In this document: one piece after another, positions 1-12,846 of the stretch
Layout of the letters: each line of letters begins with the position of its first letter
Position numbering within the stretch: the first letter of the stretch is position 1
From: Vicugna vicugna
Lineage: Eukaryota
DNA length: 64,000 nucleotides
Direction: 5' to 3'
NCBI GenBank assembly: GCA_013265495.1
Contig: MU058213.1
Coordinates: 5,663,149-5,727,148 of the forward strand
Notes under the pieces: model-generated
Told to the model about the DNA's origin: nothing
The model's input: the letters and a program-made list of their open reading frames with translations, nothing else
The model's database searches: none
Position numbers and translations under genes: made by a program

Positions 1-397
1 CCAGGTTCAAATGCTACCACTTATTGGCAGTGTGATTTTGGATGAAATGATTATCCTCCCTGAACTGTAGTCCCACTTGCTTCTCCCATATTCCCACTGT
101 CCTAGAGTTACTCTAGTATCTGACTGGCTGGTCCTAGTCTCCAGGATGGCATTATGGAGAATCTGGCCCCCTGCACCTCTTTGTTGGGTCCTCCTAGGTC
201 ACCCTCCATCATTTTCCAAGAGAGAAATGACCATTCCATTGGAAATGCTCTTTAGGGCTTCCCAAAGCTGCAGCTCACCTCCACCACCTCACAGTAACCC
301 CATTATCTAATGCTCTTAGAAACCTTTGGGATGTCCCAGAGCCAGCAGAGATGGAATAGATGCCAGGTTAAGCACCATCCCCAATCTTATATTCCAG

Positions 398-585
398 AGC
401 CATTTGGAAGAGGATCTCAAGCGGTTGAAACAAACGAAACATCACAGGAAACAGAAACAAGATTCCTGCTCTTTAAGGACAAAACTGATAAGGGCTGTCA
501 GATTCGGCTCAACCACCCAGACACGTTACAGCAGTGCGCCTTCAACTCCTCGTTGCCCCTGGTGATGATAATCCACGGGTGGTCG
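398..585 (+). CDS. LIPC: Hepatic lipase exon 2 (188 bp; EPFGRGSQ...PLVMIIHGWS)
   Basis: Acceptor AG at 396-397 and donor GTAGG at 586. Translation contains the lipase IIHGW motif and RFLLF...CQIR. One codon longer than the 185-bp human exon as recalled. Confidence 0.97.
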
Positions 586-951
586 GTAGGAAATGCTGAC
601 ACGCCTTTTCCCTCTCCTTTTATGTTTTCTTTTATTTCCTCCCTAGTGTGTTCAATTTTAATAAAAAGATAGGGAGCTGGTGATAACAACTTCTTGCATA
701 ATATTTGTAAAGCATACTCTAATTTTCCAAGTGCTTCCCCACACATTATCTCATTGATTATCTCAATTCCATGAGTAAGCAGGGCAGGGAAAGTATAATT
801 ATCTCCACATTTCAAGTAATAAAATGTGGCTCAAATAGGTCAAACAGCACATAAATGCCCATAAGAGATGGCAGTTCATGTGGGTGAATCTGCATGTTTC
901 ACAAGAGGAGGTAGGAAGCTGGAAGACATAGTCTCCCAATGAAATGTTGTC

Positions 952-1490
952 TCTGTAAGGGTTAAATTCAGCTGCAAATTGGCAGTGGTTCAAATAAAAC
1001 AGAAGTTTATTTCCATTTCACACACAGTCCAGAGACATGTAATCCAAAACTGAATAAACAGCTTTGGTCAATGAAGTTCCTCAAGGACCCAGCTCATTTC
1101 CTGCTCAATACTTAGAGTGTGGCCCTCATCCCACAACCCAAGATGGCAGCTAGAGCACTAGCCATCACATCTGTATTCCAGGTAGCACAAGGCAGTAGAA
1201 GGTGTACACAAAAAAGTCAAAAAGCAGGGAATATTTTAAAAACAACTTTGAAAGATAATTCACATACCATACAATTCATCTATTTAAAGTGTACAATTCA
1301 ATGACTTTTGGTATATGTGTGTTTTGGGGGGTTACCTTCCAAGAAGCATCTGTGAATGCTTCTAACTACATCCATTGGCCATACCTAGATGGAAAGGTGG
1401 CTGAGTATGTAGCCTCTTGGAGAAAGTGTAGCTTTTTAGTGATGCTAAAATCTGTTACTGTGGCAGGAGTGGGGAAAGAATATTGTGGAC
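952..1490. mobile_element. MaLR (MLT1-like) LTR remnant interrupted by a short L1 3'-end fragment (about 1233-1315, - strand)
   Basis: MLT-like GAAGTTTATTT and CAAGATGGCAGCT motifs; L1M-like AAAGTGTACAATTCAATGACTTTT. Recognised by eye. Confidence 0.55.
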
Positions 1491-3034
1491 AGTGATTGAA
1501 GTCAGACATGTTTCCAAGAGGAAATTCTGCCTTACTGGTTTCCAGCCCCCCCACCATTTGAAGCTTGGTTCGCAATTTGAAACCTCTAGAAACCTGGGGT
1601 CTATTTCATGACTTAAAAACCTTTCCCTGCCATTTAGCTGAAAAATACTCTTGAAACCCCCCATCTATCCTTCCCTACAGGGCAAATCGAGCCCACCTGC
1701 CCCACCACCACTCTTTCAACAGCTGTGTACTAAGAGCTTGCTACGTGCAGGCTCCTACCCTCCACACAAACAAAACAGACCCTGTGCTTGGCCTCGTGGG
1801 GTAGTGGGGAGCCACATGATGTCACGTGGGTGTAGCCACGAGGTGGGGGCCCGCTATTCCCATCCCAGAAAAGCACGGAGGCTCTGCAGCCACCAGCAGC
1901 CTCCCTCTAGTATTTAAAAGGCCCCCATCCCAGGGAGGTCACAGGTTCCACCACACCACAGAGTTGGCAGTGAAGGCAGTGGGGGTGGGGGGGATCTCCA
2001 GATGGGACCTAACATAGATGCGGCCCTGCAGGAGCTAGGCCCTTTACACTAGACATCAGCCCATTGAATCCCTACACACCCCCGACATGGCAGCTCAGAG
2101 AAGTCAAGCAGCAACCACAGTTACACAGTTCTCACTGGGCAGAAATCCAAGACCAGAACCCTCGTGCTCCAAAGCCACATTCTCAAAGAGCCCACCACAG
2201 GGAGCCTTTGTCAAGGACAGGTTTGACAGGGGGCCCATCACCCAACAGGCTTCACATGGCAATCTCCTCACTGTAGCTCTTTCCAGCTGGGCCAGGAGCT
2301 CCGTCTCTGTTTCTTTAAGAAAAACATGGACTAGGAGGCAGAGGGCAGAACCCTGAGATGAAGCCTGTTTTTAAGGGAACTGAGGATCAGACAGGGAAAG
2401 CTCTCCCATGGGAGTGGGGCGGGGGAGGCATGGGTTAGAAGGCCAGTCGCTGTCAGGGAAGAACTTCCCCTCTCCTCAGCTGCTTTAGCCAAAGGGACCT
2501 TCCCTTACAAGAGAAAAAGAGAAAAGAAACAGGCAAGGAGGGAACACTTTTGGGGCAGAGCTTTGGGGAGAGCAGAGCTGTGGACTTGGCACCTGACTCG
2601 GGGTAGGGACTGGAGCTGAGAGCCTCCGGGTAAGGAGGTCCTCATACTGCAGAGCAGGCACTCCCCTGCCTGACCCCGCCTCCCCTCACCTCTGCTCGAG
2701 CTCCTTCCCCATCCATATGACTCCTCTCCTCTTGACTTGGTATATGTGTGTTTTGGGGGGGTTACCTTCCCAGAAGCATTGGCTCAGGCTGTGCCTTCTG
2801 CCTGGAGTGTCCTCCCCCTCTTCTCCTGCTGGACAGTATCCATTATATATTTGGTGCTAAAAAATATTTGTCAACTGAATCAATGGCTGACTAAACATCT
2901 TGTTTACAAACAGGAAGACAGCAGGGTCCTTTTACCAGGATCCTTTTACCAGAATGAGTTCTTTGTTCTCAAAATCCATCCAGACTGGAATACACCTACC
3001 ACTGCTAGTAATAATAATAATCACAGCAGCTGCA

Positions 3035-3245
3035 GGAACTAACATTTACTGAGTCCTTACTATGTCGCAGGCACTGTTCTAAGTGCTTTGCATTGATTAA
3101 CTCATTTCGTCTTCACAACAATCCTGGAAAGAGGGCACTATTATTATCCCCATTTTCCAAACAAGGAACTGGGGCACTGAAAAGTTAAATAACTCGCCCA
3201 AGGCCACTCAGCTGGTAACTAGGACAGTCTGGATTTGAACCAAAC
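3035..3245 (-). mobile_element. MIR SINE
   Basis: ACATTTACTGAGT...TATGT...GGCACTGTTCTAAGTGCTTT...CCCATTTT...AAGTTAAATAACTCGCCCAAGGCCAC...GGATTTGAACC core. Confidence 0.8.
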
Positions 3246-3852
3246 GTGCCCCCTCCACATAGAAGGCACTGGATAAACACTTATTATATGAACGCATCTT
3301 ACCCTGGAATCATATGCCAAACCACGCTGTCCAGCCCCACCTCCGCAGTCTAGTCATCAGCCACGTCAGACTTTTCTCCTCTCCCCAGACAGACACACCA
3401 CACTGCCCTTCTGTGACTCTGCACCTCTGCACGTGCTCTTCCTTCTGCCCGGACCTCCCCTGACCACACCCCAGCCCCCACTTTCACATGCCCACCTTGA
3501 TACGTCTCAGTGAACTCCTATTCATCCTTTAAGACACAGCACATGTGTCTTTGCAGGAGTGCCCTGCAAACTGGTACTGAAACAAGGTATATACACAGAA
3601 CAATTCTGCATAAACACTTGCTGAGCTCCTACTATGTTCCAGCTCACAGGGCTAGTCCCTCTAAAGCAAGCAGAACACGGTGGATGAGAGGAGAGCGAGC
3701 GAGTCGGGATTCCCATGTTGGGGAGAGCAGGCTTCCCAGAGGAGGTGAGCTGGAGCTCACCCTCAAAGGATAGACTGGCTTTCAGCACCTGATCTACAGA
3801 CTTTTTCATTGTCTTAAGGCTTAGAAAGTCCTAAAACAGGGAAACTTTATGA

Positions 3853-4077
3853 CAATGGTTCTCATTTGAGAGCTGGGCTTATCCCCCAGGGGACATGTGG
3901 ACAGTCCGGAGACATTTTTGGTTTTCACAACTCGATGCAGGGGAGAGGGGGTGCTGCTGGTATCTCATGGATGGAGGCCAGAGGTGCTGCCAAGCAGCCT
4001 ACTGTGCACAGGACAGCCCCCACAGCAAAGACGTACCCAGCCCCACATGTCGTCGATGCTGAGGTCGGGAAGCCCTG
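3853..4077 (+). mobile_element. MER20-like hAT-Charlie MITE
   Basis: Ends CAATGGTTCTCA and GGGAAGCCCTG; internal CCCCCAGGGGACA...GGAGACATTTTTGGTT...CACAGGACAGCCCCCAC. Confidence 0.8.
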
Positions 4078-4222
4078 TGTTAAGCCCTTTCTCTTGAAGA
4101 GAAGGATCCAGCATGAGCCAAGAGTCGGAGGAGGAAAGAGGTAAACAGGGAGAAAGAGGAGCTAGCACAGTGTTCCCTCCACCCTCCCGGGGACACTGAT
4201 GACCCTGTGGGCCCGCCCACAG

Positions 4223-4405
4223 GTGGACGGCTTGCTGGAAACCTGGACCTGGCAGATGGTGGCTGCACTGAAGTCCCAACAGGTCCAGCCAGTGAACGTG
4301 GGGATGGCAGACTGGATGACCCTGGCCTACCACCATTACACCGTGGCCGTCCGCAACGCTCGCCTGGTCGGCCGGGAGATCGCAGCTCTCCTTAAGTGGC
4401 TGGAG
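4223..4405 (+). CDS. LIPC: Hepatic lipase exon 3 (183 bp; VDGLLETW...LLKWLE)
   Basis: Acceptor CAG at 4220-4222 and donor GTGAG at 4406. Phase 0-0, in frame with exon 2. Confidence 0.97.
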
Positions 4406-4979
4406 GTGAGACCTACCCCCACTGCCTTCCCCCATCCCCATCCCTCACCTCCTCTCCCTTCCTCTCTCTTCCTCTAACACGGAGTGAATTGAGCTGATCT
4501 CCAACAGCAACCCAGACAGGAGAACCACTTGTGCTAAGCTCACAGGAATGGACAGAGAACAGACTCCCAGGGCTCCTTCAGATGCCTCCCATGAAGGCCT
4601 GTTTGTGGAATCCTCTCCCCTGCTACGCCATCCACTATTCCTTTTATGCTCACCTCCTTGGATGTGCGAAGGGATCTAAACACACCCTGTAAAGCATTGA
4701 ACCCTCACACGAATGAATGGGATCTGCAGGGCATTAACGTCCAGGTGAAGATGGGCAGGCAGGAGGCAGGAGGCAGGGTCCCAGGAAACCAAGTACGAAA
4801 GCAGAAAGGACAGAGTCAGCAGGTGAGAAACCAGTCTGGGTCCTGAGCAGGAATTAAGTACCTCACTAGTGATCAGGCCCAAAGACAACAGAGAGCCCAG
4901 AACAAGCTGGACCCCAAAAGGCTTTTATCCCGGGGGCTGTTCCCCTCCCTCCTGCAACCATCTTACCACTGTCTTGCAG

Positions 4980-5097
4980 GAATCTGTGCAATTTTCTCCA
5001 AGCAATGTTCATCTAATTGGGTACAGCCTGGGTGCACACGTCTCAGGATTCGCCGGCAGTTACATGGGCAGAAAGCACAAGATTGGGAGAATTACAG
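4980..5097 (+). CDS. LIPC: Hepatic lipase exon 4 (118 bp) with the GYSLG nucleophile elbow; catalytic Ser at 5025-5027
   Basis: Acceptor CAG at 4977-4979 and donor GTAAC at 5098. Translation VHLIGYSLGAHVSGFAG...IGRIT. Confidence 0.98.
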
Positions 5098-5985
5098 GTA
5101 ACCATGCCTGGTAACTAACTGTAATCTCCACAACAACACAGGGGCGTGGAGTGAGGACCCGCTTTTGCAACAGTCTCATAACGAACACACCCCGGGCTTC
5201 CCTCGAGCTGTATTAGAGTTCACCGGAGGACTCGAAGCATTGTTTCAAACATGACCACTGTCATTGACTGCTGTTCCAAGCGAATTCAGAGCCAATCACA
5301 GCCTCGCTTCCTGTTGCCTTTCCTCAGACAAATGCCTCTCATAGTCATGCCAGTCCTAAAAAGTAGGCTTTCTATACACTTTTGAAGCAGGAGTTTCTTT
5401 TTCAACTGATATCTTACAAAGCCCAACGTGAGTTAAAGAATCATAGCCCTGAATTTGCTGTAACAACCACGTTAGTACCTCAGTTTCTGCATTTGTGAAA
5501 TGCCCGGGTCTTACTCTGGGGCCCATTTGGCTTGAGGGAGGGATCTCTGCACCAAAAACCTTGCCCTCAGCTCTAAGTCAGCTTGGAAATGGCCCTAGAT
5601 ATCCTAGGAGAGCTGAAGACAGGCGGCCCCGACACTAGCCTCACTCCCAGAGCTACATTCAGAAGAAAAGACATGTCTTGGCTCCCCAGCCAAGTCCCTG
5701 AGGCCCACTGACTCCTACAGGGTAAAACTCAGGAGGGCCAGGCAAAGCCCTCCTCAGTATCATGTCCCCAGAGCTCTACAACTTCTCCGCCTACTGATCC
5801 CTTTCTGCAGTTCCAGGCTTCCATGACACCAGGCTTGCCTCCACTCTACAAACACGCCATGGTCTCCTGCTCTTCTGGGCCTTTGAAATCACCGTTTCCT
5901 CTGCCTGGAATAACTTACCACCACTCAACCGCCAGCCCTAGTCTACCTACCAAACTCCTACTCATCCTTCAGGACTCAGCAGGCA

Positions 5986-6032
5986 GAAACAATTTTCACA
6001 AGCTGAAACAATTTTCACAAGCTAAAACAATT
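5986..6032. repeat. 19-bp tandem duplication GAAACAATTTTCACAAGCT x2 plus a partial copy
   Basis: Exact copies at 5986-6004 and 6005-6023. Confidence 0.9.
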
Positions 6033-7359
6033 CAAACAAAATTTGAGATGAATAGCATTGCTGTGACCTATTTTATCAAGGAAGAACATTTTTGGCAACT
6101 ACTATCTACTATTACCATTATTTTGCCTAAGAGAAGAGATTTGTTTTAACGTTGAAAAAAGACAGGGATGATGACAGATATTTGAACTAAGCAAATTTGT
6201 CATGATGAGACTTCATCTTCTGGTCCTTTTTTTTTTTTCCCCTTGCTGGTGCCTGAGGAGGCCTGATCCACAGACCAGTATTTGGTGGCCTCCATGATTT
6301 AACACTCAATAGCCCTGGGGGTGAGCAGACCTCCCATGAACACCTTCCATAGAAACCCAGTGAGGCCTATCATGGACAAACCAGGCCTAGAAGGCTGAGT
6401 CAGAATTGCAGAAAGGCAGCACTGGGCCCAGGACCCTGTCTACACCAGCTGGTGTTGTGGTCACATAGGCATTATTATCCAGGCCCACACGTGTCAAAGA
6501 CAGCAGGACAGCTAATTATTCTGCGGTCATCTTGTAGTCAGCCTGATGGAGAAAGGAATGTAAATCACACCGAGACATCTTCCATTTGTAACTACGGGTG
6601 AGGGCTGGGGAGCAGTTACTCTTAGGGCCCCCTGTCAATTCCTTCATCCCCAACAGGGATGGAAGCCAGGGCTGTTGTGGGACAACAAAAGGTCCTCCAG
6701 AGAAGGTCAAGGAAGAAAGATGGAGAAAAAACCTTGAATGCATAAATACTCCCCAACTACAGTCAGCCAGGAGCTGCCACTTGTCTCAGGCAAACATACC
6801 TGCCACTTAAGAACCAGAGCTGTGAACCATCCTACTTGCTCACAACAATTTTCCCCAAAGAACAGTAATGACCCAGGGCTGTTCTGAACTTTCCAATGAA
6901 ATGACATTAGTGTAGGGGGGAAACCAGCTGGTTTAGGGAAATTATTGACAATGTGTAGGCAAATAAAGTCTTTCTTTGATGGCACGTGCTTACGATAAGC
7001 ACAGTGGAGTTTGGGTACGCAGACAGACACTCTTGAAAGTAGCTTGAAAGGTGCTTAAAATTGATTTGCTTAAATAAATCAAGCATTCCCTCATAACCTT
7101 ATTGCTACCCCTGGATAGTTCCTGCAAACCTCTTTTCCTTATAGATAATGCCCAGCCTGTGCTCAATTTTCAGCACCATGAATTACTGTGGTTTTACTGC
7201 AAAAAGGTTACAGCAAGATTTTCTAGAGAAAGATTATGTCCTAGGATTTTCTTCTTCCTGCTAGCTCATGAATGTGTAATAACATTAGAAAGCTAAAAAG
7301 AGCATTTCTCCTCCCCTCCCCTTGCTCCCACCTTACCCTTCCTCTTGCTGTCCTGTTAG

Positions 7360-7593
7360 GACTGGATGCTGCGGGCCCTTTGTTTGAAAACGCCTCCCCC
7401 AACGACCGTCTTTCACCAGATGATGCCAATTTTGTGGACGCCATTCACACCTTCACGCAGGAGCACCTGGGCCTGAGTGTGGGCATCAAACAGCCCATAG
7501 CGCACTATGACTTCTACCCCAATGGGGGCTCCTTCCAGCCTGGCTGCGACTTCCTAGAGCTCTACAAACATATCACCATGCACGGCTTGAATG
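7360..7593 (+). CDS. LIPC: Hepatic lipase exon 5 (234 bp); catalytic Asp at 7365-7367 and start of the lid
   Basis: Acceptor TAG at 7357-7359 and donor GTGAG at 7594. Translation [10 protein letters not shown]...[11 protein letters not shown]...[11 protein letters not shown]. Confidence 0.98.
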
Positions 7594-9883
7594 GTGAGAA
7601 AGAAGACACTAGCCGACGCTGGTTTACACTCCCACACTTGAATGGGGCCTCTGGATCCAGTGGAATCGAATCTGCGGGATTCCGGGAAGGGTCTGGCAAG
7701 GGAGGGGCCCAGGGAGAAAGGTCACCAAGTCCATTCAGAGTGAGGGCTTGTGGGGGTGGGTAAGGCTGCCGTTCCTCCCAGGGCCCCTCCTCTTAACAGG
7801 CAGTGGTCACGGGAGCCCAAGTGCTGAGGAGGAGCTGAGGGGCACCACCAGGGGTCCCCACCATTCACCTCCACCCAGAGGACCCAGCAAAGTAGCTCCT
7901 GGGGCACTAGCCCCTCTGAAAGTTGAGTGCTCATGTCTGTGCTTATTTCTCTTTCTCCAGAAGCTTCCTCACTCAGGGGGCTTCCCCTATTCTGGGCCAT
8001 GTAACAATCCACTGAATAGATCATGGCTTCCTGATCCCTGGTCTCACAAAAGTGGGAATAACTCTCCCACCGCCCCCCATTCCCTCCCAGGAGGTTTAAT
8101 GAGCTGACCCTACAGGACGTTCATTACTGAGATTCTTCCAACTCGAAGTTCAGCTCTAAATAGGTCCTTGTGACATCCTCTGTCTCAGGGCGGAAGCTAA
8201 ATGTGGCTTTATCTGGGTTGTGATCCCACTTCTCAAATTCTAAAATTGAAACACTGACGTGGACGTTGATAGCAGACACAGGATCAAAGAACAAAAATGT
8301 CAGTAAAAACCTTACATTCCACGGGCCTTCCAAATTTGTCATTATGATAAAACATGATGATTAAGACATGCCAACTCACTCCATGTCAACTGGAGAGCCC
8401 CACCCCCGCAGACCACCTCCTCACCCCAGTCATCTCAGCTGAGCCGAGAACACACTCGCCTGTGATCACACCACCACCTTCACGTCTCCTGTATCAGAAT
8501 GACCTTCACACTCGACATTATCTCATTTTGGCTGGACTCCCAGCTTCACTTGCCCACCCGAACAGAACGTTCTGGGAATTTCCCCTTATCATTCCTTACA
8601 TCTTCCTCCAATCCTCGCCCCTCTAGTCAGCAGCAGTTCTCGGTGACCATCTAGCCCTCCTCCCAGGTCTATACCCTCCCTAAGCTCAACACAGACCCCC
8701 TAGGATGGTGTTCATTAAACAGGTGCCTGTAAATGCATCTCTGACCAATTACTGCCATTTTCTCCTTGGTGCTACCCTTCAGGGTGATGGAACCAAGTAT
8801 ATTTATTTAGCTTGCTTGGCCTTGTGATTTTCCTGAGTTTTCTTCACCCTTATGTTGGAAGGGGCTCCCACACTGGGGTGAACGTGACAACTTGGTCACT
8901 TGATAACTGCTTTAGCATCCTCATCAGCTCCTGGCTAGGTGAGCTTGAGTGAGCTAGTGAATGTCTTTGAAGCTCAGTTTTCTCGTTGGTAACAGCTGCC
9001 GCCAGGAACACCCATGGAGGCACTCAGCATAGTACCTGCCTCAGAGTAGGTGCTCGACAAACACTAATGACCAAGAACTGAGATGAGTAATCCTGGGGCA
9101 ACAGCTTTTGGCAAATTTACCTGTGTTCCACCCTCACATGCGGTACTTGCTATGTCCCATGGTGGTTCCTCAACGTTCCTTAAGAACACTTTACTAAAGG
9201 TTATATTAAGATTTGGAGACCCAAAAACAAACCAGAAAAAAAGGTCAAAATCCACGTTAGATAAACCTCCTAAACCTGCTGTTTTGGGTCAGGCCGATTC
9301 AGACCTGGTCACTGGGGTGTGCCCTTCAAGAAGCCAATTCCCTTCTGGTCTTACAGGCCGAAGGGAGGCAGTGGCTGCTCTGGAACAGAAGGCAGACATG
9401 ATGGGAGAGGGCTCAGCTCTCACCAGCCCTTAGCCAAGTCCCAGGAGTGCCTCGGCACGGGTTCCTCAGCATTATTAAGAAGAAGTATTCCACACAAGCC
9501 TGTCCTGCTGACTTACCCCCAAAGCATCGGCATTTGTGCATTTTTAACCATTTGAGACTAAAATAGTTCCCAAATGAATCACACTATCCCACTTGGTTAA
9601 ATAATTCAATATTTTCTTAGTAACTTGGGGTCATAACACAGTGTAATAGCAGGGCTCCCTCACAGCCCCTTGGAGCCTGAGATTACACCTCTACGCTAAG
9701 TGACTGCGAAGGGTCTACTCTTTGTGTAGTTTTCAGCCAGTTATCACATCCACTGCAGACAGTGGGCCAACCTTAGCAAGCCCTTCTCTCCTTCCTAATG
9801 TGCTGCTGCTCTGCACTGAGGAACGGGGTGAGCCTTTGGGTGAAGAAAGGGGGTAATAACATCCTTCTCGCGCTGTGTTTCAG

Positions 9884-10129
9884 CCATCACCAAGGCCGTC
9901 AAATGCGCCCACGAGCGGTCAGTGCATCTCTTCATCGACTCCTTGCTGCACGCCGGCATGCAGAGCATGGCCTACCAGTGCAGGGACATGGCCAGCTTCA
10001 GCCAGGGCCTGTGCCTGAGCTGCCGGGAGGGCCGCTGCAACTCGCTGGGCTACCACGCCCGCCGGGGGCGGCAAAGCAGGAAGAGCAAGAGCCTCTTCCT
10101 GGTGACTCGAGCCCAGTCCCCATTCAAAG
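9884..10129 (+). CDS. LIPC: Hepatic lipase exon 6 (246 bp); end of the 22-residue lid, catalytic His at 9910-9912, basic cluster
   Basis: Acceptor CAG at 9881-9883 and donor GTGAG at 10130. Translation KCAHERSVHLFIDSLL...CLSCREGRCNSLGY...TRAQSPFK. Confidence 0.98.
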
Positions 10130-12634
10130 GTGAGTGCAGGCGGCCTGGAGCCTTCAGAAGGGCAGGATGCAGCCACTGTCTTCAGAAGGGTCCAGAAGTT
10201 CCCTGAAGTCTTTTCCTTCTTACATCATGCTCTGCTATTTCAGTGTTTCTGACACTGCAGATTCCAGACTGTGATGTGGACACAGTCACTCTTTTTCCCC
10301 AAGAATGTGTGGCAAGAGCTGGAGGAGAAAGCGTGATACTTTCTGGAACAATCCCTGGGTTTTTGTTTCATCCATTTTCATGATCCCCTAGAATGTGAGA
10401 TCAGGAAGACCTTGAGCAATTACCTCGACCGCCCAGGCCTCACTGTGCAGAGCCCTGGAGGCATCTCTGAACTCCCACTAGAACCCAGTGCTTTCATCTC
10501 TGCTCACAGGGCCCCACCAAAAAACCTGGGCTCTGGGCTACATTTGCAGCTCCTCATTTCTCCTAAAGTTTGAATCAGCTCACCTTACAGGAGATCACTA
10601 TCCTGTGGAGGTCCTCGCAAGATTCTCTTCTCAGCCTCAGGACAGAAACCGAGCCCCTTCTGTTCTCTGGGTTGAACAGGAGGTCAGAGAAAGGGCTGTG
10701 GCCATGATTTGGGCTGAAGCCAGCAGAGAAACTCTGCACTGAAGCCTAAATCCTCCTGGAGGGAACAAGCCAACATCTGTTGCCATTAACATTTCTGCCT
10801 AATCCTTAAAACAGCTCGGGAGTGATTTAGCGTCTCACTGTTTCATAGCACATGCTCGCCGGCGCTGGGAGGAGCCTGAGGCTGTGCTGTTTGATTATTG
10901 CTGTGCAGATATTTGTAGCTGCAGAAGGTGAACACGCTGTCACCACCATTTTGCATTTGCATACTGTTTGTCCCAAAACGCTAGATGCAGCCCACGTCGA
11001 GGTGCCCACGACAGCCGAGGTCTGCAAGGTTGGTCACGATTCCACGTTAAACAGGAGGGAAGCAGAGCTTGGGTGGCGTGACCTGCCCACGGCCACACAG
11101 CCTGACAGGAGGCCTAGACCCCAGGTCCCTCTGACTCCTGGGCCAGGGTTCCTTTCCTTACCACACTCTCAAGTTCAAGCTCCCAGGCGGCTTATTTTTC
11201 AGGCACAGGATTCCTCTGTTTATCTGAACTTTTGCCCTCTAGTCAAATTTCCCTTCCGTGAGGCCCAGGAATGACAGAAATCCGTTTGAGTGGCTGATGG
11301 CTCCTGAGAGCACCTGGAGTGAGGGTGGGCTCTTTCCTTCCTGAGGGGCAGAGGGTCCCTGTCTGTCCTTGAAAGGTGGAGCAGCCTGTGGCATCCGGGA
11401 GCAGGTGAGGAAATTTGGAAGGCCTCCTCCTTCAGGAAGCTCCCCCCACTCACAGGCTGCCAATTAAACACTCATCCGGGCTAACCAGCTCCTCTTTTAA
11501 ATGGCAAAGCCACCTGGAGTGATTAAGCCTCTCAGATAATCACATTTCACTGGATCTACTTTAATCCTGGAATGTTAGCAATTCGGGAAACCACCCAACC
11601 CCACCATTTCACAGACTGGGAGACCAAGGCCCAGATGAGGGAAAATCATTACACAGAGGGAACTCTTGGCAGAGCCAGCATTTAGACCTGAGCCTCCAAG
11701 CAACTAGTCGAATGACGTTTCACTTCAGTAACCTGCACCTGGTCTGCTGTGGGGTGAGGGAGGCAGGAGAGGAGGCGGAGGGTCTTACTTTCTCCTTGAC
11801 ATCAGCTAGGAAGAAAGGGGGTTGTTTTTCACCTTCCAAGGCTGGGCTGTGCATCTGAAGTGAGGGACTGGTCCAGCCCGAGGACATCTACTGGGCGGGG
11901 AGATGGGGGAGGGAAGCCAGTATCAGACGGACTAGTAGGGCGGAAGAGCAGTAGACACCAGCCAGGCTGTTTCTCCCTTTGCCAAGGAGCCCAGATGCCC
12001 GAGCACCGCATGCTGCTGCTGTGAACTCACAGGGACCCCTTTCCTGTGAAGGAGGACCAAGGAATCGCATTAAAGCAGCACTATCTCACCCAGCAGCTGC
12101 CAACCCCAATGCGCCCAGCCATCATTTATTCTTCCAACATAAACTGAGCCAGGGCAGGCAGAGGCCCTCTCTCAAGGGGCTCACAGGAGACCGAACCCCT
12201 TCCACGTGCTGCAGGCTCAATGCTGTCCAGGAAGACGGACGATGAGTCCCTTGGTGACAGCTCTTGGCTCCCTTTATCACCAGCTACTCATCTTGCTCTA
12301 GGGATATCCAAAGAGGACAGGACCAGTGAGTCCAATGATGTGGACATGGGACTAGGAGGCAGAACTGCCTGAAACTGCTCAGAACCCAAAGCCCCCAGCC
12401 CCTGACAGAGTCCAGTGATGAGCTGCGGCCGGCACTGGGCCCTCCCCGCCTCTGGGCCCTCCACATTCTCACCAGGTCTACCTCCGTCCTTCCAGTGAGC
12501 AAAGTCCTAATCTACTCAGCCTAAATGTACCTGCGGGAGGGGAGCTGCAGCCCTGCGGTCACATCCAGCTGCCCGGGCACGGCTGGAAGTTACGCCCAGG
12601 CGAGACTCCACCACGTGGAAGTGGCTGCTCGCGG

Positions 12635-12846
12635 GACACTGCAGTCTCTATAATGCTATGTCACCCCGTATGGCAGCCGCTAACCCTATGTGGCCATTTA
12701 AGTTACTTTAAGTTAAAAAAAAAATAAAAAATTCGAATCCTCAGTCACACTAGCCACTTTTCAAATGCTCAGATATGTGGTTGCCATATTGGAGAGCACA
12801 AAAATAGACCGTTTCCATCATCCAGAATGTTCTATTGCGGCACTGG
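12635..12846. mobile_element. MER3-like hAT-Charlie element
   Basis: CCTCAGTCACACTAGCCAC...CAAATGCTCA...CCATATTGGA...TTTCCATCA...GTTCTATTG motifs. Confidence 0.65.

Noticed and set aside
2927..2954. 14-bp duplication TCCTTTTACCAG(G/A)A, and similar small duplications inside the intron 8 L1
   Set aside because: Ordinary slippage-type duplications with no sign of function.
9594..9610. HNF1-like GGTTAAATAATTCAA in intron 5
   Set aside because: Imperfect palindrome and spacing; such matches are expected by chance in AT-rich DNA.
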